A DNA stretch of 64,000 nucleotides from positions 18,938 through 82,937 of IMG/VR virus record IMGVR_UViG_2870609773_000001; one strand, 5' to 3'. Numbering within the stretch: position 1 is the first letter of the stretch; each line of letters opens with the position of its first letter. The position numbers and the translations under genes were made by a program. The DNA is from a virus (taxonomy: Duplodnaviria > Caudoviricetes). Positions 19,783-28,252 of the stretch are shown piece by piece. Below the pieces are notes generated by a model. It was given only the letters and a program-made list of their open reading frames with translations. It was not told the origin of the DNA and searched no databases.

Positions 19783-19888
19783 GGGCGTTCCCTTGGTGGC
19801 GCTGCGCTCTCCTCGTTGAACAGCGACCTGCGGCGTTCACTGACAGTAGGGGCAAAGCCCCGAATTTCGGAGCCATTCTGCCGAACTC

Positions 19889-20152
19889 TCACGGAGCGTC
19901 ACCGTTTTCCGGTGTTACCTGATGTCCGCTTGCTAGGTGCTTGACGGCTTCTATCCACAGTCCGGGAATGGTGGCCACCTGTACGACCTTGGGATCCGCT
20001 TGCCGATCACCTGGTGAGTTGTAGCAGGCGAGGGGCCGCCCACCGTCGAAGTGGTCGCGGCAGAGGAGTTCGACGCCTCCGTCTTCGTTGCCCATCAGAT
20101 AGAGGCTCGGGTGGGTGAGGGCTGCTATGAGGGCGTCAGTTGAGGCCGTCAT
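19889..20152 (-). CDS. Small hypothetical protein, paralog of C-terminal domain of 20514-21002
   Basis: LTHPSLYLMG..GGV..CR...GLW..A..HL shared motif. Confidence 0.65.
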   Translation of the reverse strand: MTASTDALIAALTHPSLYLMGNEDGGVELLCRDHFDGGRPLACYNSPGDRQADPKVVQVATIPGLWIEAVKHLASGHQVTPENGDAP

Positions 20153-20517
20153 GGTGTTGCGGCCTCCGCTCTGCATGTGACCACCCAGCGGTCTTGCTCA
20201 GCACTCCACGAGAGGCTGGGGTCGCACGGGCATCCGTGGAAGTGCTCGACGATGGCGCGGACCTGGTCCTCGCCCCAGTCGCAGGAGTCCCACCACTCGA
20301 CGGCCTTCCAGACGCTGCGGAGCCGGGCGATACGGACCTCGGAGCGGATCTGCCACTGGCGGAGCATGACCAGGAGTTCTTCGGTCTCGCGTGCCGCGTC
20401 TTCTGCCCAGCCGAGCCCGGCGAGGCGAGCGGACATGCGCTCGAGCTCGCCGCGCTTGGCGAGGATGTCGTCGAGGTCCCAGGCGTGGCAAAGGTAGTCG
20501 TACGAACCTCCGCTCAT
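20149..20517 (-). CDS. Conserved phage hypothetical protein
   Basis: MSGGSYDYLC...VWKAVEWWDSCD motif; coupled overlaps. Confidence 0.7.
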   Translation of the reverse strand: MSGGSYDYLCHAWDLDDILAKRGELERMSARLAGLGWAEDAARETEELLVMLRQWQIRSEVRIARLRSVWKAVEWWDSCDWGEDQVRAIVEHFHGCPCDPSLSWSAEQDRWVVTCRAEAATP

Positions 20518-21002
20518 TGATCACCTGCCGGATGGTGGATGGCGAGGTGGATGAGCGCCTGGCTCCACAGCCCGGACACAGACGTGGCGAAGGTGATGCC
20601 GGGAGCCGCCTGCTCGCCTTCCTTCGCTCCGAGGTAGGCGATCGTCTCGTGTGCGATCGGCGTGCAGGCCCGGCAGTACATGCCGACGCCTCCGCCCTTC
20701 TGCCCGAACAGAACCAGGTCAGGGTTGGTGAGGACGCGGTAGGCGAGCTCCCGGAGGTCGTAGCGCGAGTCCAGAGCGGGCGGCTCCTGTTGCTCTACAG
20801 CTGTTGGGAGTTCGGGCGAGGATGCCCTCAGATCTATCTGCTCGTCCGGGACGGTGATCGGCTCGCGGCAGGACGGGCATGTGACCTTGTCGCCTGGGAT
20901 GTCAACGCCGTCGCCTCCGCAGGCGCACCACCAGTGCAGCTTTACCGGCGTAGTTGAGTCGCCCCAGTGCAGCCCGTAGGCGTAGACGACGCGTGCGGTC
21001 AC
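20514..21002 (-). CDS. Zn-ribbon-containing hypothetical protein
   Basis: CAC...CPSC N-terminal ribbon plus CRAC...HLAIHH domain; GTGA overlap. Confidence 0.65.
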   Translation of the reverse strand: MTARVVYAYGLHWGDSTTPVKLHWWCACGGDGVDIPGDKVTCPSCREPITVPDEQIDLRASSPELPTAVEQQEPPALDSRYDLRELAYRVLTNPDLVLFGQKGGGVGMYCRACTPIAHETIAYLGAKEGEQAAPGITFATSVSGLWSQALIHLAIHHPAGDQ

Positions 21003-21295
21003 CGCTTTCTCCCGCGAGAACGGCGCCGATACTCGGCCTTGACTGCGTCGGAGCGCGGGCAGGTGCGGCCGAACACCAGCCGGTAGCCGGACCAGAGCAG
21101 GCGGCCTCGCAGCTTGACCGTGTACGGGCCCGTTCGCTCCAGGAGCGACGCGGACACCACAAGAAACCGATGTGTCCTGGACAGCATGTCGATCGGCGCG
21201 GGCGGACCAGTGACGAACTCCAGGTCCGACACAGTCTCTCCGAGGTCGACAGGTTCGCCAGTCGAGGGAACCCAAGAGACGCGAACCGTGGTCAT
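20999..21295 (-). CDS. Hypothetical protein
   Basis: Coupled ORF, 98 aa. Confidence 0.55.
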   Translation of the reverse strand: MTTVRVSWVPSTGEPVDLGETVSDLEFVTGPPAPIDMLSRTHRFLVVSASLLERTGPYTVKLRGRLLWSGYRLVFGRTCPRSDAVKAEYRRRSRGRKR

Positions 21296-21612
21296 CGCTC
21301 ACCTGCCGAAGGCCAGCCAGGACACGTGAAGTGGCCGGGAACGCGGACGTCTCCGTCCCACTCGTGCGGCGGGTGTTCCTTGCTCATCGACCAGTCGTTG
21401 CATGCGACGGTCGAGAAGGGAGGAGTCCAGCCGAGAGCGATCAGCGCCTGCTCGGCCTCCTTTCGGCGTTGTGCTGGGATGCCGGTGTCGCAGCATGCCT
21501 CACGCCGGAACAGGTTGTTGGCAGGGGGTTCGGTGGAGTCGCCGTGGTACCGGCATTGGGCGGGGAGCGATTCGAGTGCTGCACGAATGGCGGCAAGGCC
21601 GATGGCGTTCAT
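21292..21612 (-). CDS. Hypothetical Cys/His-rich protein
   Basis: ATG with GGAG RBS after hairpins; 106 aa. Confidence 0.6.
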   Translation of the reverse strand: MNAIGLAAIRAALESLPAQCRYHGDSTEPPANNLFRREACCDTGIPAQRRKEAEQALIALGWTPPFSTVACNDWSMSKEHPPHEWDGDVRVPGHFTCPGWPSAGER

Positions 21613-21633
21613 GGGGGTTCTCCCTGGAGTGGC

Positions 21634-21692
21634 GACGGCCCCGAGCCCAGGGAGGTCTCGGGGCCGTCTACCTGCGGTGTACGGGCCGCAGG
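21634..21692 (-). terminator. Tandem hairpins closing the displaced appendage cassette
   Basis: GACGGCCCCGAG/CTCGGGGCCGTC (21634-21668) and CCTGCGG/CCGCAGG (21671-21692). Confidence 0.6.
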
Positions 21693-21722
21693 GTTCTGGT
21701 GCGCTGGGTGCGCGTGTCTGGG

Positions 21723-22022
21723 TTAGCTGATCTGTACGGGTGCGCCTTCAACGACAGGCAGTTCTGGTGTGGCGTGGATGCGCACGTACGGCACGTAGGT
21801 GCCGGGCTCGTCGGAGAAGTCGAAGTCCGAGCCGGGACCGATCATGATCTGGGCTACGGTCTGCCCGTCCACGGTGTCCCAGCCTGCTGTCTTCCAGCCA
21901 TCGTCTGCGGGGCGTACCGGGTAGAGGCACACCTGCATGTCGACGACGTGGCTGGTGAGTGTGCCTGGCCCGTCGATGGGGACGGGCAGGTACTCCTTCG
22001 ACTCGCGGGGGTAGGACTCCAC
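21723..22022 (-). CDS. Small beta-sandwich virion accessory protein (BppU-N-like)
   Basis: GTG 22022 with GAGGAGG RBS; KEYLPVPI...WKTAGWD...IGPG...GTYVPYVRI. Confidence 0.65.
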   Translation of the reverse strand: MESYPRESKEYLPVPIDGPGTLTSHVVDMQVCLYPVRPADDGWKTAGWDTVDGQTVAQIMIGPGSDFDFSDEPGTYVPYVRIHATPELPVVEGAPVQIS

Positions 22023-22032
22023 GCCTGCCTCC

Positions 22033-24975
22033 TCATGGGCTGTCCCAGCGGCGAGCCGCGTTTGTGGGGGTGGTGTCCCACCGTCTTGGTGCGGGTTCGG
22101 CCGCCCATCGGCGTGGGAGTTCGGCACCGACACCGATCGGGGTGTCGTCCTCGGGTTCGCCCGTGGAGACGGACGGCCCGGGGATGCTGGCTACGGTGGC
22201 CACGACCAGAGGCCGGGCTGTGGTGGACAGCAGCGCCGCGGGGATGGTGGCGAACGCAGCGATCGCAGCTGGTGTAGCAGCGACCAGGACCGTCGTGGTG
22301 GGTGTCGGTACCGCGGCGGTAGCGAGGACCACGATCGGGCTGGCGGTGGCGTCGCTGGCCGCTTCGACGGCCGGTGTGGGGATGGCCGCCGTGGCGTTGA
22401 CCGTGGCGGGGGAAGCGGTGGCGTTCCCGCCGGCCTGAACGGTAGGCGTAGGGATGCTGGTGCTCGCCTGGACGGTGTCCGGGCTGGCGGTTGCTCCCGT
22501 GGTCGTGTCCGGGCCTGGGATCGTCGTAGAAGCGGCTACAGGGCTCGGTGAGGCGGTGGTGCTTGCCGAGACCTGAGGTGTGGCTATGGACGTCTCAGCG
22601 GCGACTACAGCGGCGCTCGCGGTCGCTCCTGCCGAGATGGTCGGGGCAGGGATCGCCGCCGCCGTGGAGACCGTTACAGAGCTCACCGTGGTGGACGAGC
22701 CCGACTGGACCGCAGGACTCGGGATCGTGGTAGCCGCGGTGACCGTGGCCGGTGTGGCGGTCTGATCGCAGGCAGCCGCGGGTGTTGGGATCGTGGCCGT
22801 TGCGGTGACGGTCGAGGGAGTGGCGACCTGGCCTGTAGCGACCGTGGCCGCGGGGATGGATGCTACGACTTGGACCGTGCTGGCCTGGACGGTGGCGCCC
22901 GCCGACACGACCGGCGCCGGGAACTGCGTGGCGGCAAGGACAGCGGAGGGGCTCGCCGTTGAGCCCGTCGCGGCGGTCGCCGCGGGGATGGTGGTGGCCG
23001 CCGAGACCACGGCCGGGCTAGCAGTCGCCCCTGAGGACGTGGTAGGCGCTGGGATCGTGGTCGTGGACTCGGCGAGGTTCGGGGTGGCTGTAGAGCCAGT
23101 GGAGACGCCCGGAGCGGGGATCGCGGTGGTGGCCGTGACGGTGCTCGGGGACGCCGTGGTGACCGCAGTGACGGTCGGGGCGGGCAGCGTGGCCGACGCC
23201 TGCACCGTGGCCGGTGACGCGGTGGCACCAGCCGCCGTGGTCGGGCCTGGGATGGAGGTCGCGCAGGCGACGACCGCAGGGCTTGCGGTGGACCCCGCTG
23301 CGACGCCCGGGGCAGGGGTGGACGCCGCAGCGGAAACAGCGGGAGGGGACGCCGTCGAGCTGGTCGACGTGGACGGCGCCGGGATGGTGGTCGTCCGGTT
23401 CACGGTGGACGGTGTGGCGGTGGCGTCCTGCTGTGCTGCGGGGGTTGTGACGCCGATCGTGAACCCGGCTGCGTACGCCTGCTGCGCGGACGCGGTGAAC
23501 GTCTCCGTGCTGGTGTCTTCGCCGCTGGCGAGGAGGCGGGTGGCGAGCGTCGTGGAGGTGTAGCTGATGGACTGGGCGTCAAGCCGCTCCGTCAGCCCTT
23601 CCGGAGCTGTCCAGGACGTGTCCCCGGACGTGGAGGGGACGCCGGAGGCGATGCGGATTTCGGTGGCGCCGTCTCCTGGCGGGGTGATGCCGGGCGTGGC
23701 CACGCTCGTGGTGCCGGTGGACGCGGTGTGGGCGATCGTCGGCGCTGTGGTGGAGGCGTTGGAGTACGCCCACGTCAGCACGACACCGTCAGCGGTGTCA
23801 GCCTGGGTGAAGTTCCACTCGTCCGGCTCGCTGCTTCCGGCGATCTTCCACCAGACGCGCACCTGCAGCAGGTTGTCGCCCGCCGAGTACTCGTCCAGCA
23901 GCAGCCACTCGGCGCCGCCCGCCGGGGCGGGCATGCTGGCGAGGGCGCCGACGTCGGCGGCGTGGTGGGCGAGCAGCAGATCGCCCGCCTGCACCCCTTC
24001 CGGTTTGAACGCAGGCAGCGGGGTGGTGCGCCCGAACACGGCCTGCAGAGTGCCGCGCTCGTCCGGGAATTGGCCCGTGTACGTGGCCGGCGAGCCGATG
24101 GCCGCTGTGGCGGTGACGGTGGCAGGGGTGGCCGTGGACGACTGCTCCACCTGAACGGCCGGAATCGACGCGGTAGCAGCCACCACCGTGGGTGCAGCCG
24201 TGCTGCCCGCCGACACGGAAGCGGCAGGAACCGTCGCGGCGGCCTGCACAGCCGAAGGTGTCGGCGAAGCACCCGCCGACAGCGTCGGGGACGGCACGAT
24301 GGCCGCCGCCGACAGCACCGGCGGGGTGGCGGTCGCGTCCGTCGAGGTCGCCGCAGGGAGCAGCTCGACCGCCGCCCACGCCCAGTCCGCCGCGCTGGCC
24401 CCCGCAGCATCCAGGTTGAACGTGACATCCGACCCCGCCGAAGAAGTCGGGGCGGCCTTCAGGATCGCCATCGCGCGCGTGCCGGAGTCCTCGTTGATGA
24501 GGACGGTCTCCACGTCCGTCGAGGTGGGCGTGCCCAGCACGTTCCAGTCCTGGGCGACAGCCACACCGAACGAGCCGGCGGCTGTTGAGGTGTAGCCGGT
24601 GACGGTGGCGTTGTTCGTGGTGGTGGAGTTCGAGCCGGTAGCGCCGACAGCTGTGCTTGCGTGGGCGCCGGTGAACACGTACGCCTTGATCGCCCCGGCG
24701 TCTTCGCCGCTGCTGGGCGTCACCGTGATGCGGATGTTCGTCTGCGCGGTCGGGTTTTGCGCCGTGTAGATGCGGACCCCGGTGAACGTGGCGTGCGCTC
24801 GGGCGAGCGTCCACGTGCGGGCGACGCCCGTGTTGGAGATGGTCGGCGCGTCGAACAAGGCGACGCACACGACCAGCAGCGAGTCAGCGGGAGGGCTGAA
24901 CTGGGCCGTCTGGATGGGGGTGCCGAACCCGCCGGTCGCGGCTGCCGGGCTGGAGCCGTGCAGTGCGATCGCCAC
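22033..24975 (-). CDS. Large virion appendage/fibre-like protein: two beta-rich domains plus ~23 copies of a 22-aa ATASPAVVxAxTxIPxPxVxAG repeat
   Basis: 980 aa; repeat blocks ~24345-24085 (4 copies) and ~23430-22140 (~19 copies). Confidence 0.8.
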   Translation of the reverse strand: MAIALHGSSPAAATGGFGTPIQTAQFSPPADSLLVVCVALFDAPTISNTGVARTWTLARAHATFTGVRIYTAQNPTAQTNIRITVTPSSGEDAGAIKAYVFTGAHASTAVGATGSNSTTTNNATVTGYTSTAAGSFGVAVAQDWNVLGTPTSTDVETVLINEDSGTRAMAILKAAPTSSAGSDVTFNLDAAGASAADWAWAAVELLPAATSTDATATPPVLSAAAIVPSPTLSAGASPTPSAVQAAATVPAASVSAGSTAAPTVVAATASIPAVQVEQSSTATPATVTATAAIGSPATYTGQFPDERGTLQAVFGRTTPLPAFKPEGVQAGDLLLAHHAADVGALASMPAPAGGAEWLLLDEYSAGDNLLQVRVWWKIAGSSEPDEWNFTQADTADGVVLTWAYSNASTTAPTIAHTASTGTTSVATPGITPPGDGATEIRIASGVPSTSGDTSWTAPEGLTERLDAQSISYTSTTLATRLLASGEDTSTETFTASAQQAYAAGFTIGVTTPAAQQDATATPSTVNRTTTIPAPSTSTSSTASPPAVSAAASTPAPGVAAGSTASPAVVACATSIPGPTTAAGATASPATVQASATLPAPTVTAVTTASPSTVTATTAIPAPGVSTGSTATPNLAESTTTIPAPTTSSGATASPAVVSAATTIPAATAATGSTASPSAVLAATQFPAPVVSAGATVQASTVQVVASIPAATVATGQVATPSTVTATATIPTPAAACDQTATPATVTAATTIPSPAVQSGSSTTVSSVTVSTAAAIPAPTISAGATASAAVVAAETSIATPQVSASTTASPSPVAASTTIPGPDTTTGATASPDTVQASTSIPTPTVQAGGNATASPATVNATAAIPTPAVEAASDATASPIVVLATAAVPTPTTTVLVAATPAAIAAFATIPAALLSTTARPLVVATVASIPGPSVSTGEPEDDTPIGVGAELPRRWAAEPAPRRWDTTPTNAARRWDSP

Positions 24976-25053
24976 GAGCCGCCACCCTTCGGAAGGAAGC
25001 GGGCCAGCGAAAGCGGCCCACAGGCGGCGATGTTCAGCGACCGTTTATGCAGG

Positions 25054-25515
25054 TCAGGGAACCAAATCGACCTGGAACCAGCCGCTAGCCGAGACGGTGA
25101 TCAGGAACGTGCCGTTGGAGGTGCTGTAGTCGGAGACCAGGTCCACCAGAAGGACGCCGCTCTTGGGGTTGAGGACGTTGTTGTAGATCAGCGCGCCTCG
25201 TGCGTTGGTGATCGTCGAAGACGCCCAGGACGGGTCAGCCGAGTCGAACGTCATCACACCCGAGGAGCCGGTCAGTGTCGTCGTGGTCAGGACCAGCCCG
25301 CCGGCGGTGTAGCCGGTGCCGGACACCTCGCCTGAGGCGTACGCGCCCGCACCGTAGGCGGCGTTGGCGGTGGACGCGTTGTAGTCGGGAGTGATCGAGT
25401 TCTGGAAGAGGGCGACCTTGATCTCGGTCTCCGACTCCAGGTCGATGTCCAGGTTGGTGGTTCCCAGGGCCGCGATGATGTTGTTGACGAAGATGCCGCT
25501 TCCGGAGATGGCCAC
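25054..25515 (-). CDS. Phage virion structural protein, paralog of 1182-1631
   Basis: IKVALFQNSITP...SGEVSGTGYTAGG motif. Confidence 0.8.
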   Translation of the reverse strand: MAISGSGIFVNNIIAALGTTNLDIDLESETEIKVALFQNSITPDYNASTANAAYGAGAYASGEVSGTGYTAGGLVLTTTTLTGSSGVMTFDSADPSWASSTITNARGALIYNNVLNPKSGVLLVDLVSDYSTSNGTFLITVSASGWFQVDLVP

Positions 25516-25517
25516 GG

Positions 25518-25742
25518 TCAGACCTCCTCGTCAGCGTTGGAGACGAACGCGTCGCCGCCCACCGCCATGCCTTCGGGGCGGGCTTCGGCTCGGGCGGCCC
25601 GCAGGCCCTCAGCCGCTTCACGGATCGCGTCCGGGTCACCGGACTGCTTGGCGTCGAGTAGGCGGGTTTCCAGGTCGGCCAGCGCGTCCAGAGCGTCAGC
25701 CTGTGCTCGTAGATCAGCAGCGCGGTCAGCGCTCGTGGACAT
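25518..25742 (-). CDS. Small helical protein, paralog of 1615-1896
   Basis: ATG 25742 with GGAGGAG RBS. Confidence 0.7.
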   Translation of the reverse strand: MSTSADRAADLRAQADALDALADLETRLLDAKQSGDPDAIREAAEGLRAARAEARPEGMAVGGDAFVSNADEEV

Positions 25743-25852
25743 GGCGGGATCTCCTCCGGACATGCGGAAGGCCCGCCCGGTGGCAGGCCCTGAGTGGTTA
25801 CGGTCCAGACACTTCGCTATCCACCTGGCGACTCCGCAGAGATGCTCAAGAC

Positions 25853-26440
25853 ATGGCGGACTGGGCGAAGCTGATTGAGGCAATCGCGGGGCTAGTCGGC
25901 GCAGTGGCATGGCCTGTCGCGGTAGTACTCGCGGTGTGGCTGATCATGCGAAGGCATCGGACAGCCTTTGAACGCTTGATCGACCGCGTGAAGTCCGTCA
26001 GCTACCCGGGAGGGCAGATCGACTTGGATGCGATCGAGAGCCGCCAGGCTGCTCACGTAGAAACGCTGGTCGAGCAAGTCCTGGACCCAGACGCGAAGCG
26101 TGAGGACATTCAGCAGATAGCGCGTCAACTCGCCGAAGACGCCGAACATCTTGGCCGTGTACGGCAAGCGAAGGTCGACAACCTTGAGGCAGAGGCCATG
26201 AGCAGACTGATCGACGCCATGGCAGAGACGCCTTCGGCCGTGATGCGCGCGGGTCGCCTACTCGTCGTCAAGGAAGGAGGCCAGACCGCAGTAAGGCATC
26301 TCACGCCCGGCGAGGCGGCCTTCTTCGATCGCCATCCAGAGCTGCACAGAAGGCCCGCCGACATCATGGCCTTACTCGCCCTCGGACAGTTCGAAGCGGG
26401 CAGCGAACCAGGCGAGGAAAACCCGCAAGAGGACGCCTAG
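25853..26440 (+). CDS. Counter-oriented protein with N-terminal TM helix (moron-like)
   Basis: MADWAKLIEAIAGLVGAVAWPVAVVLAVWLIM...KSVSYPGGQIDL; 195 aa. Confidence 0.75.
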   Translation: MADWAKLIEAIAGLVGAVAWPVAVVLAVWLIMRRHRTAFERLIDRVKSVSYPGGQIDLDAIESRQAAHVETLVEQVLDPDAKREDIQQIARQLAEDAEHLGRVRQAKVDNLEAEAMSRLIDAMAETPSAVMRAGRLLVVKEGGQTAVRHLTPGEAAFFDRHPELHRRPADIMALLALGQFEAGSEPGEENPQEDA

Positions 26441-26664
26441 GTTCGGCTGCGCGGCACCTTGCTGTAGTCGACGCCTTTGATCGGTTCCACCTCGTACGCC
26501 TGCATCCACGACTCCTCAGGCTTCAGGCCGCCCCGATAGCCGGGCACTTCCAGCGTGTACGCCACGAGCGCTTCCCACTGGCCCGTCTTGGTCTGCCTCC
26601 ACTGGAGCAGCAGCCCGGCCTTTGCCGGGTGGTTCGGGAGGCGTACCGAGGGAGGGTCTTGCAT
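26437..26664 (-). CDS. Small putatively SOS-regulated protein
   Basis: GLLLQWRQ...WEALVAY...ESW motif; LexA-like box upstream. Confidence 0.65.
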   Translation of the reverse strand: MQDPPSVRLPNHPAKAGLLLQWRQTKTGQWEALVAYTLEVPGYRGGLKPEESWMQAYEVEPIKGVDYSKVPRSRT

Positions 26665-26685
26665 GGTCCGACCCTACCCGCGAGG

Positions 26686-26701
26686 TCGAACGGTTATTCG
26701 A
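26686..26701. promoter_or_regulatory. Putative LexA (SOS) box
   Basis: TCGAAC-GGTT-ATTCGA, one mismatch to the actinobacterial TCGAAC-N4-GTTCGA consensus, 21 bp before an ATG. Confidence 0.6.
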
Positions 26702-27110
26702 GTGCATCCAGGTCATCCAATGGGACGAACTCAGCGCGAGGCGTCACGCCGAAGGCTCTCGTCAACGCAGCGCTCAGCTTCACTCTCTGCTCGGGAGCGA
26801 TGAGATTGGTGATGTTCAGACCTTCGCGGACGGTGCCGTCGTGATCGCGGAACATGACGCGGGTCAGGTCGTCGGGTGAGCCTCGGAGCGTGAACGACAC
26901 GTCCGTGGTCGGCGGTTCCAGGACCGGGATGTCCCGCACGAACGACACGGTCACCTCGTTGAGGCGCGCCCGGTCGTCCACGAAGTGGCCGCAGTCGAAC
27001 CGCCTCCACGAGGGCATCGACAGGTCGAGGTTCTTTTCCATCGCGACCAGACGCCCGTCAGGGCACTCGGGACAACGGCGCTCGGGGAGGTCGCGGAGGT
27101 CATCGGGCAT
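26694..27110 (-). CDS. Zn-ribbon hypothetical protein
   Basis: CPEC...CGH; AGGAG RBS. Confidence 0.6.
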   Translation of the reverse strand: MPDDLRDLPERRCPECPDGRLVAMEKNLDLSMPSWRRFDCGHFVDDRARLNEVTVSFVRDIPVLEPPTTDVSFTLRGSPDDLTRVMFRDHDGTVREGLNITNLIAPEQRVKLSAALTRAFGVTPRAEFVPLDDLDALE

Positions 27111-27388
27111 ACCGCTCCTCCACTCGCGTGGCCGCCCACAGAAGCACATCGCCTTCGATCGCCCGCCGCTGCCGATCGCTCTCGCTGAGCGTGTGGCTCT
27201 TGCTCTCCTCGCGGGCATGATGCCCTTCGGCGCGGAGTTCGAGGACGATCTCTTCCGCAACCCGTGCACGGAGGGTCGCCATCTCTTTCGTCTCGTACCG
27301 CCATGACGGCGTAGAGGACTTTGGTCACAGAGAGAGGGCCGCTCTCCCGGATCGCTGCGGCATACCGCTGGCGGAGGTTATCGGCCAT
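27100..27388 (-). pseudogene. Small actinophage-type gene apparently split by a +1 frameshift
   Basis: MADNLRQRYAAAI...VMAVRDE continues as EMATLRARVAEE if one A is removed at ~27286-27288. Confidence 0.5.
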
Positions 27389-27504
27389 GAGGGGTCTCCG
27401 AGGGGTAAGGGGTTGATGTCCGGGCGGGCGCGTGTCCCAAGCGAAGGCGCGCGGCTTGTCTGGTGAGAGAGGTTGCCTACCCGCCCGCCCGGAGGTTTAC
27501 GGGG

Positions 27505-27669
27505 TCAGATCAGCCGGTAGTCAGGCGGCCCGCTCCCGTCGCAGAGGAGACAGGCTTGGGTCCTGTCCCCGTCAAGGAACCGCTTGAAGATCGGCAGGCC
27601 CTCCCCCTCGAACGTGCGCCCCTGCTCTGCGCAGAGACGGCACGGCTCGATGAGAGGTTGGATGGTCAC
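27505..27669 (-). CDS. Small Zn-finger-like hypothetical (CxxC...CxxC)
   Basis: GTGA overlap with upstream stop. Confidence 0.5.
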   Translation of the reverse strand: MTIQPLIEPCRLCAEQGRTFEGEGLPIFKRFLDGDRTQACLLCDGSGPPDYRLI

Positions 27670-28016
27670 AGGCGGACCCACTGCTGGTGCTCGCGGCTCC
27701 ACACCAGTTCGCGATTCCCAGCGGCGATGAGCAGCCTGTTCAGGTCGTGCCTCGCCTCAGGATGATCAGGATCGCATCGCACCCAGCCGCCCTCGCCGGG
27801 CCGCCAGATGCACCACCAGCCCTCACGTTCGCACTCGACCTCGCCAGGCCAGCGGCCCGTCCAGATCGAAAACACCTCAGCGAACTCGTGCTCGCGGCAC
27901 TGAAGTTGCTGGATACCGCAGACGGGGCAGCATGCCACATCGCAGCCCAACTCGTGAGGAGTGCCGGGCTCAACCTGGCAGTCCGGGCAGTGGATGGCCG
28001 TGGCGGTGGAGGTCAT
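27666..28016 (-). CDS. Cys/Trp-rich conserved phage protein
   Basis: CPDC..PG..H..GCDVA.CP.CG.Q.L.C...W.G.WPG motif. Confidence 0.7.
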   Translation of the reverse strand: MTSTATAIHCPDCQVEPGTPHELGCDVACCPVCGIQQLQCREHEFAEVFSIWTGRWPGEVECEREGWWCIWRPGEGGWVRCDPDHPEARHDLNRLLIAAGNRELVWSREHQQWVRL

Positions 28017-28252
28017 GAACGGATCGCCTCCCGGTCCGTCAGCGGGGTACGGGTGATGACTCGCCACCCGAACCGCTTGTAGGTAGACCGGATCAGCATC
28101 TCCCCGAACGCGGCGTCAGCCCGTTCGCCCGCTGGCGACTTCCCCGGCTCGTCAACGAACGTCCGAGCGTAGTCGGGGCGGTCGAGGCGGTGGTCCTCTT
28201 CGGTGCGGTAGGCGGACACCTTGTATCCGGCTGGGCTCTGATCGGCGGTCAT
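28013..28252 (-). CDS. Hypothetical protein
   Basis: ATGA-type coupling to antirepressor gene. Confidence 0.55.
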   Translation of the reverse strand: MTADQSPAGYKVSAYRTEEDHRLDRPDYARTFVDEPGKSPAGERADAAFGEMLIRSTYKRFGWRVITRTPLTDREAIRS

